From: an uncultured delta proteobacterium
Lineage (GTDB): Bacteria; Desulfobacterota; RBG-13-43-22
Direction: 5' to 3'
DNA length: 64,000 nucleotides
Assembly: GCA_963802945.1 (NCBI GenBank)
Contig: CAWDKY010000016.1
Span: 263,287-327,286 of the forward strand
The number at the start of each line of letters is the position of its first letter. The stretch's first letter is position 1. The position numbers were made by a program, and so were the translations under genes. The notes under the pieces were generated by a model that was not told where the DNA came from, searched no databases, and worked only from the letters and a program-made list of their open reading frames with translations. Shown in pieces: positions 9,261-19,628 of this stretch.

Positions 9261-11439
9261 TTAAAAATTCTTGATCAGCACTTCCCGGGGACGGCCGCCC
9301 TCGCCTGAACTGACGATTCCTTCCCGTTCCATGATCTCCACCAAACGGGCTGCCCGGTTATAGCCGATGCGCAGTTTTCTTTGGATCATAGAGATGGAAA
9401 CCTGGCGGGTCTCTTTGACGATTTGCAGCGCTGCCTCGTATTTTTCATCGATGTCATCATCCGTTTCCGAGGGTTCCGGTTCTTCCATGGTTAAAAGGGT
9501 GTCATCATAGACCGCCTGTTTCTGATTTTTTAGAAATTCGGTCAAACGTTTGATTTCCGCTTCGGAAACAAAGGCCCCATGTATGCGCTGGAGTTTGGAT
9601 ACCCCGGGAGGCAGAAAAAGCATATCTCCGGCACCCAAAAGGGCCTCGGCCCCATTGGCATCAAGGATGGTTCGGGAGTCGGTTTTGGATGAGACCTGGA
9701 AAGAAATGCGGGCCGGGAAATTGGCTTTGATGATACCGGTCAGGATATCGACGGAAGGTCGCTGGGTGGCTATAAGCAGATGAATACCAGCAGCTCGGGC
9801 CATCTGGGCCAGCCGGGTCAGGGATTCCTCTACGTCCCGGGAGGAAATCAGCATCAGATCGGCCAGTTCGTCAATGACGATGACTACATAAGGCAGCCAT
9901 TCCTCGGGGTATTTTTCAGAAGTCCCCTTTTTTTCCTTAAGCAGTCTTTGATTGTAAGTGTCGATATTCCGGGCCCCTTTGTCGGCCATTTTCTGGTAAC
10001 GGTCCTCCATCTCCCGGATGGCCCAGCGCAGGACCCGAGTGGCCATTTTGGCATCGGTAACCACTTCGTGCAACAAATGAGGGATCCCCTCATAGGGCAA
10101 AAGCTCAATTCGCTTGGGGTCGATGAAAAAAAAGCGAACCTCCTCCGGCCTGGCCTTAAAAAGAATACTGCTGATTAAGGCGTTCAGACACACGCTCTTG
10201 CCGGTGCCGGTGGCCCCGGCAATCAACAGGTGAGGCATCTTGGCCAGATTGGTGACTACGGGAAAACCCAAAATATCTTTGCCCAAGGCTAAGGTCAACT
10301 TGGATTTGGGACTCGGAAAATTCCTGAGAGGAAAGGATGTCTTTCAGCCCCACCGTCTCCCGCTGACTGTTGGGGATTTCTATGCCGATGACCGGCTTGC
10401 CCGGCAGAGGGGCGACGATTCGGATGCTGACGGCCCGCATGGCCATGGACAGGTCATCGGCCAGACCAGTGACCCGGCTGATCTTGACCCCTGGGGCCGG
10501 TTCAAACTCGTACATCGTAATGACCGGTCCCGGCGAGACCTCGGTCACCTGACCCTCCACCCCGAAATCCTTCAGCTTTTTTTCCAGGAGTCTGGAATTC
10601 ATGAGCAGACTTTGCTGTTGAACCTCCTGATCATTCTTTTCATAGGTATCCAATAAAGTCAGGGGGGGCAGCTCAAACTCCCCTTTCTCCTTCATGAAAA
10701 CAAATTGCTCCTGTTGAGGTTGGGGACGCGGCAGGGGCGCAACCGGTTTAAACACCGGGCTTTGGACTATGGTCGGCGGGTGGGCTTCTTTTTCCTTCTG
10801 AATTTCTTTTTCAACCCGCAAGGATTTGGCTTTCCGTTTTCGCTCCCTGTTTTTTTGATAAGCATCCCGCCATCGGCTCAACTGATCCAAAAGCCGGGCC
10901 TGAACCCTTTCTCCCAATCGGGCCAAAGAAACCCGGGTGATCAGAATGAAGCCGGTCAGCAAGACAACGATTAAAAAGATATGGGTTCCTGGCGGATTTA
11001 ACAACAAGGAGATGTGGTGGAAGATCAGATAACCCAAAATTCCTCCCCAGGGAAAGTTCCAGCCGAAGTATTGAAAATTCTGCTCTCCTCTGGAGAGCAA
11101 GGCGGCAAAAGAAAAAATCACTAAAAGATAGCCGGTTGCCTGCCAATAAGGCGAGGAAATAGGTTCTTTGCGGAAGGAATAAAAGGCCAGTTGAAAAAAG
11201 ATGAAACTGAGCCAGAAGGAGGCCAGGCCCAAGAACTCAAACAGGAAGGCCGAGAGATAAGAACCGATCTTTCCCACCCAGTTTGTTATGGGCAGATCGC
11301 CAACCTGATGAGAACTGAAAGAGGGATCTGTCGGGTGATGGGAAATAAGGGCCAGGAGAATTAAAATTCCCACCGCTCCCAAACACAGCCCAAGGATTTC
11401 ATAATAAATGGGTTTTGGGGAGGTTTCTTCTTTAGCCAT
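9261..11439 (-). CDS. ftsK: DNA translocase FtsK, split by a +1 frameshift near 10310
   Basis: N-terminal 4TM domain and alpha domain (GPVITMYEFEPAPGVK) in 10156..11439; PHLLIAGATGTGKS, IDELADLM, ATQRPSVD and gamma domain in 9261..10298. Removing one C in GAG TCC CAA restores SESKSKLTLALGKD. Confidence 0.93.
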
Positions 11440-11475
11440 AGGATGAGTCCTCTGTCATTTTAATAAAATAAAACC

Positions 11476-11606
11476 GGAGTATTGGAGTGATGGAGAAACA
11501 GGCCATGAGAGTATTGGAAAAACCCATTGAGCTGTATTTTGTGATGGGAAAAACTTCCCTTTTCCAACACCCCAACACTCCATCACTCCAATATCCCAGC
11601 ACTCCA
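11476..11606. repeat. inverted pair of 8-mer arrays (GGAGTRTT / AAYACTCC) between rnj and ftsK
   Basis: ggagtattggagtgatggag ... ccaacactccatcactccaatatcccagcactcca. Confidence 0.8.
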
Positions 11607-11612
11607 TTTCTT

Positions 11613-13295
11613 TTACATCGGTATGATCAAAGGCAGCACCACCGGTCTGCGTTCGAGAGAATGATCAAAGAATCGCCTCAGGGTCTTGCGGATCTCTTCC
11701 TGGATGTCGGACCAATTTTTGTTATCCTCCTTTTGCCTGAGGTATAAGATCTCCAGGACCAGTTCCTTGGCCTCCCGGATCAATTCTGGGTGCTCCTCTT
11801 CGGAAATAAATCCTCGGGAAATGATGTCCGGCCCGGATAGAAGTTCTCCGGTCTGGTTGTTCAGCACCACCTGAACCACCACCAGTCCTTCATTAGAAAG
11901 GTGGCGCCTGTCCCTCAAGATTAGATTGCCCACATCCCCAACGCCTTTGCCGTCCACAAAGACGCGGCCCACTTCCACCTGATCAAAAATCCGGCCTCCT
12001 TCTTGATCAAAGCGTATGACCTGGCCGTCTTCAGCCAGGATCAGATTTTCTTTGGGGATGCCGATCTTGCCGGCCAATTGGGCATGTTTGACCAGATGGC
12101 GGTATTCCCCATGAATGGGAATGAAGAATTTGGGCCGGGTCAGGTGGAGCATTAATTTCAATTCTTCCTGATTGGCATGACCGGAAACATGGATCTCCGA
12201 AACTTTTTCGTATATCACCTCAGCCCCAAAGCGGTACAAATTATTAATTAATCCGTCGATGGCCTTTTCGTTGCCGGGAATGAAGCGGGAAGACAGGATG
12301 ACCGTATCCCCTTTTTTGATCTTGATCTGTTTATGATCGTCCCGGGCGATCCGGGTTAAAGAGGACATGGGTTCAGCCTGACTGCCGGTGGTGATAAGGG
12401 TTACTTGGGAATCGGGGAGCTGAAGCATCTCCCCCAGGGTCAGTTCCATCCCCTGGGGGACAGTTAGAATACCCAATTCCTGGGCGATCCGGCAATTGGT
12501 AATCATACTTTTTCCGTTGAAGGCCACTTTGCGCTGATAGCGGGCGGCCGAGTTGATCACCTGCTGGATCCGATGGATATTGGAAGCGAAGACAGCCACA
12601 ATCACCCGGCCTTCACATTCGCGCATGATCTGGTCCAGGGTCTCGCCGATCCGTTTTTCCGGCAAGGTATGGCCTTCCCGTTCGACATTGGTGGAATCCG
12701 ACATCAGGGCCAATACACCTTTTGCCCCATAGGCGGCAAAGGTATTGATGTCTGTGATCGCGCCATCCAGAGGGGTCTGGTCGATCTTGAAATCCCCTGA
12801 ATGGATCAGGGTGCCTACTGGGGTTTGAATCGCCAGGCCCAGACCTTCCGGGATGCTGTGGGTGACCCGGATGAATTCCAGTTGGAAGGGTCCGATAGTC
12901 AGGGATTCTCTTGGGGCAACCATCCTCAGATCACATTGCTCCAGGATACGATGTTCTTTCAATTTTTCCTTGACCAGTTCCAGGGTAAACCTGGAGCCGT
13001 AAACCGGGACCGAAATCTCTTTAAGCAGGAAAGGCAGGGCCCCGATATGGTCCTCATGGCCGTGGGTCAGGACAATGGCCCGGATCCGTTCTTTGTTTTT
13101 TAATAAATAGCTGAAATCCGGGATGACAATATCGACGCCCAGCATATAGTCTTCAGGGAACATCAGCCCGGCATCGATGACCAGGATATGCTCTTCATAT
13201 TGAACCAGGAGCATGTTCAGCCCGATCTCTCCCAAACCCCCAAGGGGGATGATATCCAAAAAAGGAGGGGCTTGCCAACGTGTTTCTAATTCCAT
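11613..13295 (-). CDS. rnj: ribonuclease J
   Basis: PLGGLGEIGLN, THGHEDHIG, HSIPE, GDFKIDQTP, HVSGHA, PIHGEYRH. Confidence 0.96.
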   Translation of the reverse strand: MELETRWQAPPFLDIIPLGGLGEIGLNMLLVQYEEHILVIDAGLMFPEDYMLGVDIVIPDFSYLLKNKERIRAIVLTHGHEDHIGALPFLLKEISVPVYGSRFTLELVKEKLKEHRILEQCDLRMVAPRESLTIGPFQLEFIRVTHSIPEGLGLAIQTPVGTLIHSGDFKIDQTPLDGAITDINTFAAYGAKGVLALMSDSTNVEREGHTLPEKRIGETLDQIMRECEGRVIVAVFASNIHRIQQVINSAARYQRKVAFNGKSMITNCRIAQELGILTVPQGMELTLGEMLQLPDSQVTLITTGSQAEPMSSLTRIARDDHKQIKIKKGDTVILSSRFIPGNEKAIDGLINNLYRFGAEVIYEKVSEIHVSGHANQEELKLMLHLTRPKFFIPIHGEYRHLVKHAQLAGKIGIPKENLILAEDGQVIRFDQEGGRIFDQVEVGRVFVDGKGVGDVGNLILRDRRHLSNEGLVVVQVVLNNQTGELLSGPDIISRGFISEEEHPELIREAKELVLEILYLRQKEDNKNWSDIQEEIRKTLRRFFDHSLERRPVVLPLIIPM

Positions 13296-13318
13296 TTATA
13301 TCCTACCTTTTATCTCTC

Positions 13319-13495
13319 TGAATCCAGAATTCAGAAGCCGGAAGCCAGGATAGCAGTCAGATACGATTCAAGCAATTTACTTACTTCCTCAAGTTGATTC
13401 ATCAGAGTTGAGTAATCTCCATAGCCAGTTCTTGAAAATCCTTTGCAGGTTTTCTTTTCATTCTGGCTTCTGACTCCTGGCTTCTGGATTCTGAA
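13319..13495. repeat. inverted pair of heptamer arrays enclosing a four-helix-bundle gene remnant
   Basis: tgaatccagaattcagaagccggaagccagga (left) and ttctggcttctgactcctggcttctggattctgaa (right). Confidence 0.8.
13331..13461 (-). pseudogene. internally deleted four-helix-bundle protein gene (TIGR02436 / 23S-IVS-protein-like)
   Basis: ATG overlapping the plsC stop gives MKRKPAKDFQEL, joined out of frame to GYGDYSTLMNQLEEVSKLLESYLTAILASGF*. These resemble the N- and C-termini I recall for this family. Confidence 0.7.
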
Positions 13496-14195
13496 CCTCA
13501 AGATTCTCCTCAATCGCTTCTCTGACTTTCTGCATCAGGATGTCGGCATTTTTTTTATGATACCCTTCGGTGGGGATCGGGTTTCCCAAAACAATGCTTA
13601 TGGTCCCCGGGGTTATCCAGAATCCACCCTTGGAGAGCACCCGGGCGCTTCCCCTTATGGCGATAGGAACAATGGGTTTTTGAGATTTAATAGCCAGAAA
13701 AAACAACCCTTGTTTAAACTCACCCAACTGATCGGTTTTTTGTCGGGTCCCTTCCGGGAAAATGACAATCGAAGTCCCTTCATTGACCTTTCGGGCGGCT
13801 TGCATGAGGCTTTGATAAGCCTGTTTGGCATTGGAACGGTTGATAGAGATATAACCAGCCCGTTTCATGGCCCATCCGAACAAGGGGATCTTAAAATAAC
13901 TTTCCTTGGCCATCCAGCGAAATTGAATCGGGAGTCTGGAAAGAAGTACTGGGATATCATAAGCACTTCGATGGTTGGCGGCAAAGATATAAGACTGGCC
14001 CGGAACGAGGACTTCCGGGTTGAATACTTCGGTCCGAACCCCGCTAATCATCAAAACTACCTTGGCCCAGAAGGCAGCAATCCGATGCAATCGGTTCCCA
14101 CTCGAATCAAATAAAGAGACAACCAGGGCATACAAACTTAACCCTATGGTCAGGATAAAATAACAAGGTATGATAAAAAAAGTCCGTAAATACAT
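13458..14195 (-). CDS. plsC: 1-acyl-sn-glycerol-3-phosphate acyltransferase
   Basis: ANHRSAYD (HxxxxD), IFPEGTR, PIVPIAI. Last residues are encoded by the heptamer array. Confidence 0.93.
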   Translation of the reverse strand: MYLRTFFIIPCYFILTIGLSLYALVVSLFDSSGNRLHRIAAFWAKVVLMISGVRTEVFNPEVLVPGQSYIFAANHRSAYDIPVLLSRLPIQFRWMAKESYFKIPLFGWAMKRAGYISINRSNAKQAYQSLMQAARKVNEGTSIVIFPEGTRQKTDQLGEFKQGLFFLAIKSQKPIVPIAIRGSARVLSKGGFWITPGTISIVLGNPIPTEGYHKKNADILMQKVREAIEENLEVQNPEARSQKPE

Positions 14196-14288
14196 AAGTT
14201 CCTTTTAACCGGATCAAATATTAAAAATAATAAACTATTGCAGTGAATTCGTCAATCAATGAATCGAGTTTTGGGATGCACTTCCCGG

Positions 14289-15993
14289 TCAGGCCGAGGT
14301 TTGACTGAGGGACTGTGTCCCTCTTTTCATGGCCCACCATCCGGTGAACAGATGCAGGAACAAAACTACGATGAATGACCCTATCATCCACCAGTAATCC
14401 ATGAGTATTAGTGAAATATTCCGAAAATCAGCCATCAGCAGCCGATACACTGGTCCGGCCTCTAGCCCAATGCTAACCCCGATTAAGGCCAGGGAAAAAA
14501 TCATATAAAGAAATCCTCCGAAACCGGTGGGCATCTGCCCCAGATTCTCCGAGCCGTATTGGGGATACATGGCCCCCAGGCCTATGGCCAGGCCCACCAA
14601 TCCAAAATCCAGACTAATCATGGTCAGGGAGGAGATCCACTGCATGTTGGCTGAGACCTGTAGCTGCCGGTTGGTGAAAACAATCAAAACTTCGGAAAGG
14701 ATTAATAAGGGGATGAAGTAAAAGACAAATTTGTACCAAAGGAACTTTTTTAAGGAAAGGGGGGAACTGCGGATCATCCAGAAGGCCTGGCCTTCGGCGC
14801 TGATTGCGGGAAAAACAAACCGCACGGCTACCGAAGCCAACACAAAACCGGCCAGCCCCAAATTCAAGAAGGCAATAAAATTTTTTAAATATAGGGTCGG
14901 CAAGGGGGACTTATGTAAAGGCAGGACACTGAAATTATAGACATAGATAACGATCAAGACCAGCAGAATGAAAAGTTGAGACCATTGAGTCTTGTCCCGA
15001 TAAAAGGCCTTCACGTCCTTCAGAATCATCCCGTTCATCCCTGGAGAAAATGGCAGGGACTGCCACAACCTCCCATCCAGTCTGTTTTGAACTTGCATCC
15101 CTTTATAGTGCCCCTCTTGGGCCCGGGAATAAGATGAAAAATAATATTGTCCGGCCAAAAGAAGGTTAGCCATAAAAACAAACCAGGCGGTACTCCAAAG
15201 CACCAGTAAGGGCAACAGGCCCGGGATAAATTCCCCTTTTAGAAAAAGCCAGAAGGCCTCTTTGGTCCAGGAGCTGGGAAGATAAGGCGACTCCTGGGCG
15301 GTCAGGCTTCCAAGATATTCGACCAGTGTGGAAAGCTGATCAGGGTTGACCAATTGCTCCGGCCGCATAAGGCGAAAGATCATAAATAACATGGTGACCA
15401 TCAGGACGCTTAATATCACCAACAAATCGCGGGTACGGCGAACCGGTAAAAAAGCAGTCAAAAGAAGGGTGAGTAAAATGCCCAGGCTTCCGGCCAGAAA
15501 AACAAACGGTAGAATGACCAGGGGCAGGCTTAGATAAAAACCTCCAGGAGCCTGAAAAATAATCCCATAGCAGAGGAAGATCGGCAGGGCCATGAGGATA
15601 ACCATCCAGGAGGCATCGAACAGGCTTTCCAGATATCGGGCGGAAAACAGGGTCAGCCTGGGGACTGGGGTTTCATGGATCAGGTCAAGGTCTTTGGAAA
15701 GGAAAAAGTTGGAAAGGGCGGTAATCAAATGACTGTAAATCAGGATCGTAAAAAAGGTCAGCAGGAGCATAGACAGGACCTTTTGTGACAGGACTTCGCC
15801 GAATCCCGGGATCCCGTGAAAGTAACTTAAGATTACGAAAAAAGGCATAAAAGATCCCGGCCCAAAAGACCAGGCCGATGAAGATAAAGAGCACAAATTT
15901 CCAACGGGTCCCCGGTATGCGCTTGAGACGGTTGTTGAACCCCAGGATCCGGGGTTGGAGCAGAAAAAAGACGGCTTTAAGGGAGTTGGACAA
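14289..15993 (-). CDS. large ABC-2-type membrane permease, frameshift near 15833
   Basis: Multi-TM protein with SKDLDLIHETPV and SAEGQAFWMIRSSPL motifs. The N-terminal ORF 15685..15993 joins 14289..15896 if one A is removed (CGT AAT CTT to CGT ATC TTA). Confidence 0.8.
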
Positions 15994-16040
15994 AGGGAAT
16001 GAACCTCTGAAATAAATTTATTTATTTTAAAAGCCTTTTT

Positions 16041-16116
16041 AAATCCCTCCCAACCTCCCTTTTACAAAGGGAGGGGTAGAACTTCCCCTTTAGTAAAGGG
16101 GGATTGAGGGGGATTT
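16041..16116. repeat. REP-like palindromic element
   Basis: aaatccctcccaacctcccttttacaaagggagg ... cccctttagtaaagggggattgagggggattt, nested hairpins. Confidence 0.7.
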
Positions 16117-16159
16117 GAGGTTTACAATGCCTTGAATAAACCTCTCTTAAAAATCTAAT

Positions 16160-16903
16160 CTAATATTCCTCTTCCTCCTCAATATCTCCAGTCACTTTAA
16201 GAAAAAGGGCTTCCAACCCTTTGGACTTCCAGTCCGCCTCTTTGGAAAAGGAATCCATGGAACCAAGGGCGATCAACGCCCCTTTTTGGATGATCCCGAT
16301 CCGTCCGCAAATCTCCTGGGCCGTGGATAAGGTATGGGTAGAAAGAAAAATGGTCATCCCCCGGCTGGTTTCTTTCTGAAAAAGACGCTTTACAATCCGG
16401 ACCCCTTTGGGATCTAAGCCCACCATGGGCTCGTCGACGATCAAGACCCGGGGATGATGGATCAGGGCTGAGCAGATGATCAAGCGTTGTTTCATGCCGT
16501 GGGAATAGCTCTCGATCAGTTCATGGCGCCAGTCCCATAGGTCAAACAGGTTAAGCCGCTCTTCGATCTCTTTATCCGTCTTGGCAGGCAAAAGCCCATA
16601 AAGCCCCCCGACAAAATGAAGAAATTCCAGCCCAGTGAGTTTGTCATACAAGAAAGGACGGTCGGGGATATAGCCGGTAAGGGCCTTGGCCTGGGAGGGC
16701 TGGGTAAGGACAGAAAACCCCACGATTTCCACATCGCCGGCGGTAGGAGCCAGAACTCCGGCCATGATTTTCAGGGTAGTGGTTTTACCGGCCCCGTTCG
16801 GCCCCAGAAATCCGAAGATTTCTCCCTGCGTCACCTCCAGAGAAAGATTATTAACTGCCAGTAACGAACCGAATTGTTTGGACAGGTTTTTAATCGCTAT
16901 CAT
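16160..16903 (-). CDS. ABC transporter ATP-binding protein (ABC-2 exporter type)
   Basis: GFLGPNGAGKTT, YSHGMKQR, DEPMVGLDP, LSTH. Confidence 0.93.
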   Translation of the reverse strand: MIAIKNLSKQFGSLLAVNNLSLEVTQGEIFGFLGPNGAGKTTTLKIMAGVLAPTAGDVEIVGFSVLTQPSQAKALTGYIPDRPFLYDKLTGLEFLHFVGGLYGLLPAKTDKEIEERLNLFDLWDWRHELIESYSHGMKQRLIICSALIHHPRVLIVDEPMVGLDPKGVRIVKRLFQKETSRGMTIFLSTHTLSTAQEICGRIGIIQKGALIALGSMDSFSKEADWKSKGLEALFLKVTGDIEEEEEY

Positions 16904-16919
16904 TGGTGTTGACAAATTA

Positions 16920-18413
16920 TCACAAGGCCGACTCGATCTCAATTTTTAAGTTGCCGATGATGGGGATTAGAGAGGCCATCCCTTCTTCCATCCCTTCAGC
17001 CAATTTCAGGTGGGTGGGATCGGCCGGGACCTGATTGAATGTCGGATCCAGGCTGATCCACTTGGCACCCAGATAGGCTTCCACCCAGGCATGATAGAAA
17101 AAACGATCCCGCAGCAAGGTGACTCCCAGGGCCATACGGGAAGGTATTCCGGCGGCCCGCAACAAGGCCAAAAGCAGCGTGGCATGTTCATTACAGTCCC
17201 CTTCCCGCTGTTGCAGGACTTCCACCGCTCGTGGAACGGAGAGGATGGGGAGTTTCTTTAAATGTTGAAAGACCCAGGTATTTAAACGAACGGCCGCCTT
17301 TTGGGCCTCCTTCTCATTGCCTAGGGCCTCTTTGAGGGCCTTTTGCAGACGGGGATCTTTTAAGGTCAGCACAGGATGGTCGGCCAGATACCGGTTTTGA
17401 TCTCCTCGTTGATAAGGAAGAATATAGGAATCATCAAGGGTCAAGGACTCTCGTTCAATAGTCACCTGGTTTCCCGAAACCCTTTGCCGGCCTTCGGTTT
17501 GAGGGATGTCTCCAAGGGCCGGAGAGAGCTTGAAGATAACTTTTTTAACCGTTTTTGGATCCGGGGGATTTGAGACCGGGATGGATAGCTCTGTGGCCAA
17601 ATCAGGGCCCGATCCTTTATCCATTTTTTGTGCTTTTTCCCTACTGGAGCGGATCAGATGGAATCCCATTAAACCTTCTTCTTTCAAGACCCGGCCCTTA
17701 TAATCGATCCAGACGGTCATTTTGTTTCCCAATAGATTCATTTCAAAACGTTGTCCTGGACGCTTATCCCCTTCAAGGTTCAGTATCTCCGTAGGGCCAG
17801 CGGTGATGGTAACCGGTTTGGGAACCATCAGAACCGGATCGAAAAGGGAAAATGATGCTTGATCTCCCGGCTTCATCTGGGCTCGATAGACCTGATAGGG
17901 CAGGGTCAGGGAAAGCTGGGGAGGCCTCTTCAATACGATATTTTGGATTTGGGGTTGTCCCATCAGATCACTGGTCAACTTCAAGTTGGATCCTTCCACG
18001 GTCCCTTTGATGGAATAAACCAGGTACCCGGAAATCATTTTATAATGGAAATCCTTTAATAGAAATTCGGAGGTGAGGGAGGAGGTGAAGGAAAGGGTTA
18101 TCTGGCGGGGAAATCCCAGGACCATAAGTCTTAAAAAAAGATCCTGGTTGATGGCGTAGCCTTCGACCGACCGCTGCTTGACCGTATGAGCATAGCCGAT
18201 TTTTTGGTTATTAAAGAAAATGGACATCCAGTCTTCGGAATCCTGGAGAAGGATTTTAGGCTGGGCAGGATTGGCGGCAAACTGGCTGACTGGCGGTTGA
18301 TAGGATTTATAGGTCCACAGACCCAGCAAAACGAGCCATAGGCCGAAGGAAAGAAAGAAAACGATTTTTAGTTTCTTGGACAGGGGGCTGTGTTGAGCGT
18401 GAGAATTTTTCAT
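16920..18413 (-). CDS. membrane-anchored transglutaminase-like domain protein
   Basis: N-terminal TM helix; Cys-His-Asp motifs GDCNEHA, YHAWVE, WISLDPT. Confidence 0.88.
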   Translation of the reverse strand: MKNSHAQHSPLSKKLKIVFFLSFGLWLVLLGLWTYKSYQPPVSQFAANPAQPKILLQDSEDWMSIFFNNQKIGYAHTVKQRSVEGYAINQDLFLRLMVLGFPRQITLSFTSSLTSEFLLKDFHYKMISGYLVYSIKGTVEGSNLKLTSDLMGQPQIQNIVLKRPPQLSLTLPYQVYRAQMKPGDQASFSLFDPVLMVPKPVTITAGPTEILNLEGDKRPGQRFEMNLLGNKMTVWIDYKGRVLKEEGLMGFHLIRSSREKAQKMDKGSGPDLATELSIPVSNPPDPKTVKKVIFKLSPALGDIPQTEGRQRVSGNQVTIERESLTLDDSYILPYQRGDQNRYLADHPVLTLKDPRLQKALKEALGNEKEAQKAAVRLNTWVFQHLKKLPILSVPRAVEVLQQREGDCNEHATLLLALLRAAGIPSRMALGVTLLRDRFFYHAWVEAYLGAKWISLDPTFNQVPADPTHLKLAEGMEEGMASLIPIIGNLKIEIESAL

Positions 18414-18605
18414 AATAGGTTAGGCATTTTTCCTATTGATTTCAGGAGAAGGGGAAAGGGGCATCCCATGATACCTTGGTCAAAAGACAAAAATCGTTTC
18501 GAAAAAAGCATCGATTTTAACGATTCAAATCAGCCGCGCAAGTTGTCAAGCGTCGGTTGCCTTTGGCCTTTGACGATAGGTACCACGTGCTATCCTTTGG
18601 CGTTT

Positions 18606-19118
18606 TCAGCGATAGTATCCACTACCGACAACCCATCCGAATGGTTTAAATAAGAGCACATACGATCTTTTGGGTTGAGCTGTGGTCTCTCCCTTCTTCG
18701 TAAACCAGTACTCGACATACCCGCCTCCGGCTTTCGCTTTTGTCAGAAATTCCTTTATGTAGTATGTGCCTTTGAAGTCTTTGTCCTCAAGCCGATTCCG
18801 TCCCTCCACATCTTTTCGGCCGTATAGGACCACATTGACGCCTTCGATCGTATCGGCCCAGAAATATCCTTCGGTCCCGTACCTAAGTTCCCTCAGCAGG
18901 TCGGCAGCAAGCTTTTTGGCCTCCTTAAAGGTTAATTCTTCTTGCTGATACTTTGCATAGATTGCCTGAAGCATGCTGACTGCAGTTTCCACTTCCATTT
19001 TGATCAGCAGGTCCTGAGCCGCACAATTTCCAGGCCTTTCAGTCTGCGCAAAAGCAATTACACAGAAAACCGCCATACCCAGAAGACCAGCCAGTACTGT
19101 CATTAATACCTTTTTCAT
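18606..19118 (-). CDS. secreted stand-alone single-Cache domain protein
   Basis: Signal peptide; LRELRYGTEGYFW, D..G.YYIKEF, GGGYVEYWFTK, PKRSYV, FGWVVGSGYY. Confidence 0.85.
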   Translation of the reverse strand: MKKVLMTVLAGLLGMAVFCVIAFAQTERPGNCAAQDLLIKMEVETAVSMLQAIYAKYQQEELTFKEAKKLAADLLRELRYGTEGYFWADTIEGVNVVLYGRKDVEGRNRLEDKDFKGTYYIKEFLTKAKAGGGYVEYWFTKKGETTAQPKRSYVLLFKPFGWVVGSGYYR

Positions 19119-19151
19119 ACTTCCTTCTCCTCTTGTGTTGAATTGTTAACT

Positions 19152-19211
19152 GCCTAGTATGCAGATCAGCAACTGGGGCTTAGTCGCGGTCTGCTGGATT
19201 TGTTTGTCGGC
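19152..19211 (-). repeat. degenerate attC-like site
   Basis: Minus strand GCCGACA-N5-ATCCAGCAGAC-N15-GTTGCTGAT-N6-ACTAGGC. Inner arms pair with two unpaired bases; outer boxes deviate from RYYYAAC/GTTRRRY. Confidence 0.45.
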
Positions 19212-19235
19212 TTTATTATAACTTTTATGGACACT

Positions 19236-19628
19236 TTATTTTAGCATAGCTATGCAATCAATCTCAACCCGAGCACCAAGGGCCAGACCGGTGGCTCCAA
19301 AGGCACTGCGGGCAGGAAAATGCTTGGGGAAAAAATTAACATAGACTTTATTCATTTCCGCCCATTCATCCATATTGGCCAGCATGACGGTGACCTTGAC
19401 AACCTGATCGAGAGACGAGCCATGGCGTTTCAGTGCGGACTTGATGTTCTCCATGGTTTGCCTGGTTTCTTCCGAAATACCGCCCGGAACAATTTTCCCG
19501 GAATGATCCATCCCGAGCTGACCCGACAGATAGAGCATATTCCCGACACGCACTGCTTCGGAAAAAGGATAACCTTTCATACTTTCTGAGGATAAATATT
19601 CAATACCCGATGGATATTCAGCGCCCAT
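19236..19628 (-). CDS. RidA/YjgF family protein
   Basis: PFSEAVRVGNMLYLSGQLG, VVKVTVML, FPARSAFG, VEIDCIA. Confidence 0.9.
   Translation of the reverse strand: MGAEYPSGIEYLSSESMKGYPFSEAVRVGNMLYLSGQLGMDHSGKIVPGGISEETRQTMENIKSALKRHGSSLDQVVKVTVMLANMDEWAEMNKVYVNFFPKHFPARSAFGATGLALGARVEIDCIAMLK

Noticed and set aside
13443-14114. 223-aa + strand ORF
   Set aside because: Antisense shadow of plsC with no recognisable motifs.
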